DNA of 32,000 nt, from positions 720,001 through 752,000 of the forward strand of contig CP075337.1 in NCBI GenBank assembly GCA_025349965.1, given 5' to 3'. This document shows, one piece after another, positions 15,677-23,240 of this stretch. Origin of the DNA: Candidatus Saccharimonadota bacterium. Lineage in GTDB: Bacteria; Patescibacteriota; Saccharimonadia; Saccharimonadales; Saccharimonadaceae. Below the pieces are notes generated by a model. The model was not told where the DNA came from, did no database searches, and saw only the letters and a list, made by a program, of their open reading frames with translations. Position numbers and translations under genes: made by a program. How positions within the stretch are numbered: the stretch's first letter is position 1; each line of letters begins with the position of its first letter.

Positions 15677-17316
15677 AGCTGCACAACCACCCCGCCCAAC
15701 TGCTTGCGGAAATGCGTATCGTGCGAGATATATAAAATGGCACCCGAATAATTGTTCAGGGCTTGCTCAAGCTCTTCAATACTTGGAAGGTCAAGGTGGT
15801 TAGTTGGCTCGTCAAGCACGAGGAGTGAGGGCTTGTCGGCGAGCATATCAATCAACTGGAGGCGAGCTTTTTGCCCACCGCTAAGCTGATTTACAGGGGT
15901 GTTTGCGTCACCCGGTGTAAAGAGATAGTCGCTCATAAGCTGGCGTACTTTGGTGTCACCCACCGGAAGACCGCGTGATAAAAATATGTGTTCAATCGCT
16001 TCGGTTAATGACTTTTTAAGAATTGCCGCAGGCGTTTCTTGTTCATAGACACCGACGCGGATTTTCTTATCAATATCAATCACACCGTCATAAACAGTTG
16101 CGGGGAACTTCTCGCCGTTCAGCGTCGCAAGCAAGGTCTTCACAAGCGTGGTTTTTCCGGCACCATTACGGCCACGGAGTTCCACGACCTCGCCTTCGCG
16201 AATTTGAAAATTGACCCCTTCAAAGAGGATGCTGTCATAGCCAAGTGAAAGGTCGGCAACATTAACGAGGAGGCGACTATAGCCTTCGTCACCCGTGACG
16301 CCGTGAAGGCGGATATTCTTTGCCTTATACTTCTGGTACTGTTCGCCGGTCTTAAGTCCCATATCCTGAACTGACTCACGATCTACCCAGAAAGTTGGCT
16401 TCTCCACTTTTTCAAGCTCCACCAGTTCTTGACGTGATTGATTTTCAAGGCGCTTAAAGCGCTGAATTGTACCGCCGTCACGCGCCTTTTCCTTCATGCG
16501 CTGGTACTCAAGAATCTTCTGCTTCACATTTACGATGCGACGCTGTGTGAGCTCGTACTCATTCATCATTGCACCAGTTGAGCCGGCATTTTGCTTCAAG
16601 TACGCGGTATAGTTGCCCTTGTAGTTAAGGATCTTTTTATCTTTAATTTCAAGAATACGGTCCACGCGCTCTAGCACGTCACGGTCGTGGGTAATAATCA
16701 ACATCGCCTCTTTGGCAGTCGTCATCCATTGAAGGAAGGCGTCTTTTGCAGCGTAGTCCATGTGGTTAGTTGGCTCGTCAATGAGCGCCAGGTGGGCGTT
16801 GGAAATCATCACCTTAGCAACTTCAATCAGACGCTTTTGTCCGCCACTGAGACTGCCAATTTTATCATGCACACGATGGCCAAGCTGGAATGAATCCAGC
16901 GTCTTTTCCACTTCGTTTTCCACCGTATAGTAGCCTAGTGCGTCAAACTGCTCCAATGCTTCTGAATACCTGTGGATAAGGTGCATCTTATCCCCCATTG
17001 TCTCCGGGTACGTCTCTAGGATATGCTTGAGCTCACTGTACTGCGGAAGATCGTGAAGAATATACGTAAGCACCGTTTCATCTTCAAGCCCATGGTGCTC
17101 TTGGCGCGTTGCAATCATCGTCACACCACGGCCAAGGGTTATCTCTCCCTGAAAATCAGTATCTTCACCAGTCAGGCTACGAAAAAGCGTCGTCTTCCCT
17201 TCACCATTGCGGCCAATAATACCAACCTTCTCGCCTTCTTCAATGAAAAACGTTGCATCTTGAAAAAGCTGCTTATCGCCAAAGGATTTTTCTTGGATGG
17301 TGGCGGAGAGAATCAT
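15673..17316 (-). CDS. ABC-F family ATPase (two ABC cassettes, no TM domain; translation-associated class)
   Basis: Two Walker A motifs (GRNGEGKTT, GRNGAGKTT), two LSGGQ signatures, and an inter-domain linker. Confidence 0.9.
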   Translation of the reverse strand: MILSATIQEKSFGDKQLFQDATFFIEEGEKVGIIGRNGEGKTTLFRSLTGEDTDFQGEITLGRGVTMIATRQEHHGLEDETVLTYILHDLPQYSELKHILETYPETMGDKMHLIHRYSEALEQFDALGYYTVENEVEKTLDSFQLGHRVHDKIGSLSGGQKRLIEVAKVMISNAHLALIDEPTNHMDYAAKDAFLQWMTTAKEAMLIITHDRDVLERVDRILEIKDKKILNYKGNYTAYLKQNAGSTGAMMNEYELTQRRIVNVKQKILEYQRMKEKARDGGTIQRFKRLENQSRQELVELEKVEKPTFWVDRESVQDMGLKTGEQYQKYKAKNIRLHGVTGDEGYSRLLVNVADLSLGYDSILFEGVNFQIREGEVVELRGRNGAGKTTLVKTLLATLNGEKFPATVYDGVIDIDKKIRVGVYEQETPAAILKKSLTEAIEHIFLSRGLPVGDTKVRQLMSDYLFTPGDANTPVNQLSGGQKARLQLIDMLADKPSLLVLDEPTNHLDLPSIEELEQALNNYSGAILYISHDTHFRKQLGGVVVQL

Positions 17317-17324
17317 ATCTTTCT

Positions 17325-17333
17325 AGTATAACA
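17325..17333 (-). promoter_or_regulatory. Extended -10 TGTTATACT 8 nt upstream of the ABC-F ATG
   Basis: Minus strand: CTCTGTTATACT AGAAAGAT ATG. Confidence 0.5.
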
Positions 17334-17392
17334 GAGGTGCCCAAACGTACGACCTTAAGTATACTTCAAACGCATCATGAATATTAACAAAC

Positions 17393-17455
17393 GAGGCCTT
17401 CGGCCTGTGAACATAAACAATAAGGCCCGCGTCGATTTCTTCAACCAGCGGGCCT
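17393..17455 (-). terminator. Tandem hairpin terminators after pnp
   Basis: Minus strand: AGGCCCGC-17 nt loop-GCGGGCCT then TATTGTTTATGTT, followed by AGGCC-GAA-GGCCT then CGTTTGTT. Confidence 0.6.
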
Positions 17456-17492
17456 TTCTTGCTATTCGGCTTTACGGGAGTGGATATGCGGA

Positions 17493-19616
17493 CTACGCTT
17501 CGTTCGCCACTTCCTTAATAGAAAGACTCAAACGTCCGCGCTCGTCGATACCAACAAGCTTCACCTTCACGATTTCACCTTCAGTGAGCACGTCAGTCAC
17601 CTGCTCTACGCGTTCGTTAGAAAGTTGCGAAATGTGTACCATGCCGTCAATACCAGGAAGGATATTGATGAACGCGCCGAAGTCTTTAATGCTCACCACC
17701 TTACCTTCGTAGATGTGGCCGACTTCCGGCTCTTCAGTGAGGCTCTTAATCCAGTTAAGGGCTTTTTCAATATTAGCCGTATCAGAAGCAGCCACGGTAA
17801 TGAGACCGTCTTCTTTGATGTCAATTTCAGCGCCAGTTTCGGCGGTAATCTTGTTGATAACCTCACCGCCCTTGCCAATGACTGCGCCAATCTTGTCTGG
17901 ATTAATCTTAATCTTTTCAATGCGTGGTGCGTATGGGCTCAGTGTTTCACGTGGCTGTGCCATGGTTTCAATCATGTGCGCCAAGATGTGTGCCCGGCCA
18001 GTCTTTGCGCCTGAAATAGCTTGCTTGAGAATTTCAACTGGAAGACCGTGAACCTTCATATCCATTTGGATTGCCGTGATACCTTCTGAAGTACCAGTTA
18101 CCTTAAAGTCCATATCACCAGCGAAGTCTTCTGCGTCAGCAATGTCTGTAAGAATGTATGGCTTACCTTCAGCGAGCATAAGTCCCATTGCAACACCTGA
18201 TACTGGACGCTTCAGTGGTACACCCGCATCCATAAGCGCGAGGACACTTGAACAGGTTGCCGCCATTGAAGTTGAACCGTTCTGGCTCATAATTTCCGTG
18301 ACGCTACGAATGGCGTATGGGAACTCCTCTGCGCTTGGAAGTACTGGAATCACCGCACGTTCGGCAAGGTAACCGTGACCAATTTCGCGGCGACCTGGAC
18401 CGCTAAGACGACGCACTTCACCGACTGTGTAGCCCGGTGCATTGTAATGGTGCATGTAACGGCGCTCGCCATCATTCACTTCCATAGTGTCAACAAGTTG
18501 TGAATAACTAAGTGGTGCAAGCGTGACAATATTCATACCCTGCGTTACGCCGCGAGTAAAGAGGCTTGAACCGTGAGCACGCGGCAGAATACCAACCTCT
18601 GAGCTAAGTGGGCGCACTTCGTCAAGCTTGCGTCCGTCTGGACGAGTTTGATCTTCAACGATACCACGGCGAACATCTTTGTGAAGCGCCATTGTGAAAG
18701 CCTCATCGTATTCATCGCGCACAGCTGGGTATTCATCAACGCCAAGCTTTTCGGTAAATGCTTCGTGGAAAGCCCATCGTAGTTCATTTACCATCTCGTT
18801 GCGCTCTGGGTATGGGCGTTGGAGTTTTTCACCAAGCTTGCCACTCACCCATTCATCAACTTCAGCCTGAATAGCTTCATTTGGAAGCACAAGTGTGTAT
18901 TCCTGAGCAACAGGCGCAACCTTTTCAGCCAATTCCTTCTGGAGCGCGATTGCTGGCTGGTAGGCTTCAAATGCCCACGCAAGCGCATCGCCGATAATTT
19001 CTTCTGAAACTTCGTTTGCGCCAGCTTCAACCATAGTGATGCCACTTTCAATACCAGCCACAACGAGGTCGAGGTCTGATTGCTCACGCTCTTCGGGTGT
19101 AAGGAATGCCTTGAACTCACCATTTATGCGGCCGACACGAAGTCCTGCAACCGGACCATCAAATGGCGTACCTGTAAGCATGAGGGCTGCTGACGCTGCA
19201 ATCATTGCAATTGAGTCTGGACGGAAGTTTGGATCCATTGAAAGAACACTCGCTACCACCTGTACTTCTTGGCGATATCCCTTAGGGAAAAGTGGACGGA
19301 TTGGGCGATCAATGAGACGACCAATAAGCACGGCCTCGTCAGATGGGCGGCCTTCGCGCTTAATAAAGCGACTACCACTGATCTTGCCAGCTGCATAAAA
19401 TTTTTCTTCATAATCAATACTGAGCGGGAAGTAATCAAGTACGACTGGGCGCGAGCCTACTTGTGCGGTACCGAGCACGACAGTATCGCCGTAGCGCACG
19501 AGCACTGAACCAGTTGAGCGGAACCCAACACGATTTACTTCTAGCGTTAGTGGGCGGCCCTGAAATTCAGTGGTCACACTTAAAACATCCTTGCCATGCG
19601 GATTTATTGTTGACAT
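17493..19616 (-). CDS. pnp: Polyribonucleotide nucleotidyltransferase (PNPase)
   Basis: 707 aa with two RNase PH domains, a KH domain ([10 protein letters not shown]) and an S1 domain ([15 protein letters not shown]). AAGGAG SD. Extended -10 TGCTATAAT at 19717-19725 gives a leader of about 100 nt. Confidence 0.97.
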   Translation of the reverse strand: MSTINPHGKDVLSVTTEFQGRPLTLEVNRVGFRSTGSVLVRYGDTVVLGTAQVGSRPVVLDYFPLSIDYEEKFYAAGKISGSRFIKREGRPSDEAVLIGRLIDRPIRPLFPKGYRQEVQVVASVLSMDPNFRPDSIAMIAASAALMLTGTPFDGPVAGLRVGRINGEFKAFLTPEEREQSDLDLVVAGIESGITMVEAGANEVSEEIIGDALAWAFEAYQPAIALQKELAEKVAPVAQEYTLVLPNEAIQAEVDEWVSGKLGEKLQRPYPERNEMVNELRWAFHEAFTEKLGVDEYPAVRDEYDEAFTMALHKDVRRGIVEDQTRPDGRKLDEVRPLSSEVGILPRAHGSSLFTRGVTQGMNIVTLAPLSYSQLVDTMEVNDGERRYMHHYNAPGYTVGEVRRLSGPGRREIGHGYLAERAVIPVLPSAEEFPYAIRSVTEIMSQNGSTSMAATCSSVLALMDAGVPLKRPVSGVAMGLMLAEGKPYILTDIADAEDFAGDMDFKVTGTSEGITAIQMDMKVHGLPVEILKQAISGAKTGRAHILAHMIETMAQPRETLSPYAPRIEKIKINPDKIGAVIGKGGEVINKITAETGAEIDIKEDGLITVAASDTANIEKALNWIKSLTEEPEVGHIYEGKVVSIKDFGAFINILPGIDGMVHISQLSNERVEQVTDVLTEGEIVKVKLVGIDERGRLSLSIKEVANEA

Positions 19617-19785
19617 ATAGTGTCTCCTTTTATGTATCTGTAGAGTAGTAACAGGGGCAAAAGTTTAAATACATTAAGCTTTTATCTCTATCACTATCTA
19701 CTTAATTACCTGCTCTATTATAGCATACTTAAAAGGTGATGAGGCACCACAAGATGCCCACATAGCCTCAACGCACGAGAACGTT

Positions 19786-20169
19786 TTATTGCCCGTTTTT
19801 CGGAATCGCAATAAGATCAATGTCAAACACGAGGTCACTGTTTGCGGGAATGTTTGGGGCAGGACTAGAGGCACCGTACGCCAATTCCGCTGGAATAATT
19901 AAGCGTCGCGTCCCGCCTATTTTCATACCAGGAACACCTTGTGTCCATCCAGAAATTACTTGATCAAGGCCAAAGGTCATCGCATCACCAAAATCATAAC
20001 TACTTTGAAAAATAATGCCGTTACGCACGAGCGCGCCAGTGTAATGCGCGGTGACTGTCGCGCCGGGACGTACCTCTTCGCCCACACCTGGGTCTGTGTC
20101 AATAATTTCTAATTCCACCACCCCATCTCGTGGCTCAAAGTTACGCAACTTCATTCCTGTATATTTCAT
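19786..20169 (-). CDS. FKBP-type peptidyl-prolyl cis-trans isomerase
   Basis: VTAHYTGALVRNGIIFQSSYD...GLDQVISGWTQGVPGMKIGGTRRLIIPAELAYG. Confidence 0.9.
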   Translation of the reverse strand: MKYTGMKLRNFEPRDGVVELEIIDTDPGVGEEVRPGATVTAHYTGALVRNGIIFQSSYDFGDAMTFGLDQVISGWTQGVPGMKIGGTRRLIIPAELAYGASSPAPNIPANSDLVFDIDLIAIPKNGQ

Positions 20170-20210
20170 CTTTCAAGTCTCCCTTTATTCTTAGTATATC
20201 CTGTCAACAT

Positions 20211-20261
20211 AAAAGGAAAAGCCCCGCCCAGAGGGAGCGAGGCTCAACCTTAGGGCGGGGC
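20211..20261 (-). terminator. GC-only hairpin terminator after the 223-aa orphan gene
   Basis: Minus strand: GCCCCGCCC-23 nt-GGGCGGGGC followed by TTTTCCTTTT. It begins 2 nt after the stop codon. Confidence 0.65.
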
Positions 20262-20262
20262 G

Positions 20263-20934
20263 TTAGAAGGCGGGGAACGAAACCCGCTCACTGTAAACGC
20301 TCATTTGATCACGAGCGTTTTCGATTGATGACAATCGCCTCTGACGCTCGTCGACCGTGTCGGTCATGACGCGGTGCAGTTCACACTCAATCATGAGCGG
20401 GAGGTAGCGAGGAAGGTGCCTTTGGGTCCGCCCCTTCACGTAGTAGCTTCCCGTCACCTCGAAAACAGTACAGAGTTCAGCAACCGACTTGCACACATGC
20501 ACATAGTCATCGCTATAGGGATTCTCCGCGAACTGACCAGCGTCACGATATTTCTGCGCCGTCCAGCCAATCCACGTACCATCCCGCAGCAACCACACCT
20601 TCACGACCCTCGTGTGCGTGGACGCCTCCTTGGGGACAAGCTCAACGTCAAGGAGGAGCAGCGCCTGCATATCCTTGAAACGCATGAGCCCGGAGGACGC
20701 CGTACCATAGCCCATGATATCGTTGAACCCTTCGTGATCACCGATCGACCTGTACCCTTCCAGATACTTCAGGTACGGCTTCACGTGGCGGGTGTACGTG
20801 TGCTCGAGCAGCATGATATCAGCACCATGCTGGTGCAGCTCCGCTTCCGGCACCTTATTGTTAAGGCTAGCGGTCACCACCTTCGCCAGTATATCCCGCA
20901 GAGCTGAGTCATTCTGATTGTTGGGCGTACCCAT
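20263..20934 (-). CDS. Hypothetical protein (223 aa), GC-rich orphan
   Basis: Long ORF with roughly 60% GC by hand counts of 60-nt blocks, against about 50% in neighbouring genes. It has its own terminator. No motif recognised. ATG 20934 is preferred over the TTG at 20940. Confidence 0.6.
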   Translation of the reverse strand: MGTPNNQNDSALRDILAKVVTASLNNKVPEAELHQHGADIMLLEHTYTRHVKPYLKYLEGYRSIGDHEGFNDIMGYGTASSGLMRFKDMQALLLLDVELVPKEASTHTRVVKVWLLRDGTWIGWTAQKYRDAGQFAENPYSDDYVHVCKSVAELCTVFEVTGSYYVKGRTQRHLPRYLPLMIECELHRVMTDTVDERQRRLSSIENARDQMSVYSERVSFPAF

Positions 20935-21091
20935 TACCAATCACCGCTTTCTTTTCAAAGAACATTCTTGGGGCGTACCCCTACTAAATGTACGCAGACC
21001 ATCTGCGCTTCCATAGCATAAATTCAAATCAAGGAATGCGCAAGCATAGCCACCTTAACACAAGTTGCGACGTGGGAAGAGTGAGATGTTC

Positions 21092-21123
21092 AAATAAAAA
21101 AGAACTCCGCTTACTTGCGGAGT
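21092..21123 (-). terminator. rpsO terminator (hairpin loop contains the stop codon)
   Basis: Minus strand: ACTCCGC-AAGTAA-GCGGAGT followed by TCTTTTTTATTT. Confidence 0.7.
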
Positions 21124-21377
21124 CCTAGTTTTGCGACAACTGCCTTGTAGGCTTCGAAGTCTTTGTTCTCAAGGTACTTGAGAAGCTTCTTGCGGCGACC
21201 TACCATCTGTACAAGACCGCGACGAGCCATGTGGTCGTGCTTGTTTGTCTTGAGGTGCTCGGTAATCTCCTTGATACGACTTGTCAAAACTGACACCTGA
21301 GCCTCTGGGCTTCCAACGTCGGTTTTGTGTCGCTGTGTAAGAGCAAACGCCTGTGCTTTGTTATCTGCTGTAATCAT
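21111..21377 (-). CDS. rpsO: 30S ribosomal protein S15
   Basis: GSPEAQVSVLTSRIKEITEHLKTNKHDHMARRGLVQMVGRRKKLLKYL is typical S15. Confidence 0.95.
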   Translation of the reverse strand: MITADNKAQAFALTQRHKTDVGSPEAQVSVLTSRIKEITEHLKTNKHDHMARRGLVQMVGRRKKLLKYLENKDFEAYKAVVAKLGLRK

Positions 21378-21386
21378 CAAGTGTGT

Positions 21387-21415
21387 ATTATAGCAGGGTT
21401 TTTGGAAGATTTCAA
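21387..21415 (-). promoter_or_regulatory. rpsO promoter TTGAAA-17-TGC TATAAT, -10 box 9 nt from the ATG (leaderless configuration)
   Basis: Minus strand: TTGAAATCTTCCAAAAACCCTGCTATAAT ACACACTTG ATG. Confidence 0.65.
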
Positions 21416-21460
21416 GGGGTAGTTATAGGAACTCATACCGCTCCGCTTACTACTCAAAGG

Positions 21461-21521
21461 CAAAAATAAAACCCCAGACGGAGCGGGAGACACTTTCATG
21501 TCTCAACCGCCCCATCTAGGG
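21461..21521 (-). terminator. Long extended-hairpin terminator after the 70-aa gene
   Basis: Minus strand: CCCTAGATGGGGCGG-TT-GAGACA-TGAAAG-TGTCTC-CCGCTCCGTCTGGGG (15 bp including 3 G.U pairs, plus 6 bp), followed by TTTTATTTTTG. Confidence 0.7.
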
Positions 21522-21529
21522 TACGTGAT

Positions 21530-21742
21530 TTACCTGCGCGCCGACGTGAGCATGACGGGCATCATCGACCCGGAGCCTCGCGGCTTCGACGCCTTCTGTG
21601 CTCCCGCCTCACGCTCGGCTCGAACCTTCTCGACGCCCTTCGAGAGATCGACACGACGAGCAATCTCATCGAGATCCACACCCTCCTCGAGGAGCGCGCG
21701 AACAGCGGCGGTCTGCGCTTTAACTGACAGTTTCTTTGCCAT
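21530..21742 (-). CDS. Small helix-turn-helix protein (70 aa), very GC-rich
   Basis: MAKKLSVKAQTAAVRALLEEGVDLDEIARRVDLSKGVEKV resembles HTH domains of the IS3 OrfA, terminase-small-subunit or resolvase type. About 65% GC in three hand-counted 60-nt blocks. Starts 8 nt after the upstream stop. Confidence 0.6.
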   Translation of the reverse strand: MAKKLSVKAQTAAVRALLEEGVDLDEIARRVDLSKGVEKVRAEREAGAQKASKPRGSGSMMPVMLTSARR

Positions 21743-21750
21743 TTTCTTTT

Positions 21751-23076
21751 CTACTTTCTCTCAGGAGTCTTCATGGACTCGATACGCCCACGAAGTATTG
21801 GAAGGATTGTCCACGACGGCATTTTTTCATACCAGAGACACTCCTTTGAAAGTTCTGCACCCATAGCGTGCTGATCTTTCACGATATACTGACTTGAAAA
21901 TGCTTGCACAATAGCCGCATCGGCTATACCGCGTGATGCAGCTATGTGGTTCATTACAAACGCAGAGATGGCAAGTTCAGACGCACCAGTCTCAACCGCA
22001 GGGGGCATCTGCCTCGACATGTTCGTGAATTCTTCAAGAACAAGTGAAGCAAAATACAACCCCTGGGCGTAATGTGCACGCAACTCACGAGTTCGCCTGA
22101 GCGGCGCCGGAGCCGGCTCAAATGCCCACGTAGACCCCTTAGCCGAATCGAGAATAGCCTGAGCGTCATGCGGTGTACGGATACACTGCAGCACGACCTC
22201 AAGCCCTCGACAAATAAAGGCGGCACCACTCTGTATTGAGAGTACCTCTCGAAACGACTCAACACCGTGGTAAAGACCATGAGTACGCCACTTAGAGCGT
22301 CGTCGCAACGAGTTGAGAGCCGCCCACCCCTCGGGATCACTCTGTGCTGGTATCGCCACAAACGTACAGAAGTACGGGTCAATATAGTACCAAACCCGAC
22401 CCTTTCCTCGCAGCAGAAGCGCATGATGTGCTTGCTCATTTCGACTATCAAACGTCGAGAGTATGCCATACCATGCCGCCAACTGTCGCTTCAAGAACCG
22501 CAGCTCAACACGCACCGACGGCAAGTCACTATGTGGCTCAAGGCACTCAATTAATCGCTGAACGCCAAAGATCTTCGAGCGAGCCGAAAAGTAGTCAGCT
22601 GGAATGAGCGGTGTCGCGACGAGGTGCTTATCCCCCGTGGCGCGCGCAAACCCAACCAACATCTGCACCATACCGAGGCAGTTCGGTGGCACCTTTCCGC
22701 GCGTCCAGGTCTTCGCCTCGTTCGGAAAGATACTCCCGTCCATAGCACTAAACTCAATGCCACGCTTGTCGTACCATTCGCTGATACCCAGCGCGTCAAC
22801 CAAGTCTTTTAAGGTAGCTCGTTGCTCTTTAGCCGAAAGGTACTTCCAGTTATGCGCAGCTCGCTGAAAGCGAACGGGCAAATTCTTAAAAGCACGGTCA
22901 GCAAGCTGGCCGCCGAGATACTCAAGCTGGAGTCGAGTCTCTCGATCGGATATACTTTTGCCTGGCATATTCGCTTGGCAAAATTCTTGAAACTCCTTAC
23001 TCTTCAGTGCATTCCGCCTCGAGACTCCCACCCCTCGACGAAATGCAATTTCTTGTAATTCCTCGAGTGGCTCCAT
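21751..23076 (-). CDS. Hypothetical 441-aa cytoplasmic protein with a transglutaminase-like / papain-fold Cys-His-Asp pattern
   Basis: GKVPPNCLGMVQMLVGFARATG (Cys133) and QAHHALLLRGKGRVWYYIDPY (His217/218, Asp233) match the C...H-x15-D layout of transglutaminase-like cysteine peptidases. AAGGAG lies 5 nt before ATG 23076. No signal peptide. Confidence 0.6.
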   Translation of the reverse strand: MEPLEELQEIAFRRGVGVSRRNALKSKEFQEFCQANMPGKSISDRETRLQLEYLGGQLADRAFKNLPVRFQRAAHNWKYLSAKEQRATLKDLVDALGISEWYDKRGIEFSAMDGSIFPNEAKTWTRGKVPPNCLGMVQMLVGFARATGDKHLVATPLIPADYFSARSKIFGVQRLIECLEPHSDLPSVRVELRFLKRQLAAWYGILSTFDSRNEQAHHALLLRGKGRVWYYIDPYFCTFVAIPAQSDPEGWAALNSLRRRSKWRTHGLYHGVESFREVLSIQSGAAFICRGLEVVLQCIRTPHDAQAILDSAKGSTWAFEPAPAPLRRTRELRAHYAQGLYFASLVLEEFTNMSRQMPPAVETGASELAISAFVMNHIAASRGIADAAIVQAFSSQYIVKDQHAMGAELSKECLWYEKMPSWTILPILRGRIESMKTPERK

Positions 23077-23165
23077 TAGCACTCCTTTGTAGATGAAAAT
23101 AACATCAAATTCTTAATGAACAGATGACACCGCCCTTTTACAGGGGCGTCCAATCACAATGCATA

Positions 23166-23232
23166 GTATTAGCATAAACCCATACCGACAGCAAGCATAA
23201 GTATTGACTTTTTACCCCATAAATGATATAAT
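23166..23232. promoter_or_regulatory. Back-to-back divergent promoters: minus TTGCTG-17-TGC TAATAC (23166-23194); plus TTGACT-17-TGA TATAAT (23204-23232)
   Basis: The plus-strand -10 box is 8 nt from ATG 23241 (leaderless configuration). The minus-strand promoter gives a leader of about 83 nt with an SD. GCATAGTATT / GCATAAGTATT direct repeats sit at 23161 and 23195. Confidence 0.5.
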
Positions 23233-23240
23233 GAAAGTAT

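Noticed and set aside
17377-17712. 111-aa plus-strand ORF starting 10 nt after a palindromic AAGTATACTT (a possible -10 box) and running antisense into pnp.
   Set aside because: Most of it is antisense to the conserved S1 domain of pnp, and the intergenic part is occupied by the pnp terminator hairpins. A short antisense RNA cannot be excluded, but there is no support for a protein.
20374-20907. 177-aa plus-strand ORF antisense to the 223-aa orphan. Also 21498-21866 (+), 21954-22469 (-, alternate frame) and 22267-22867 (+) within the GC-rich genes.
   Set aside because: High GC suppresses stop codons in non-coding frames. Promoter, SD and terminator signals all fit the minus-strand genes as called. 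This remains somewhat uncertain for the 223-aa orphan, since it has no motifs either.
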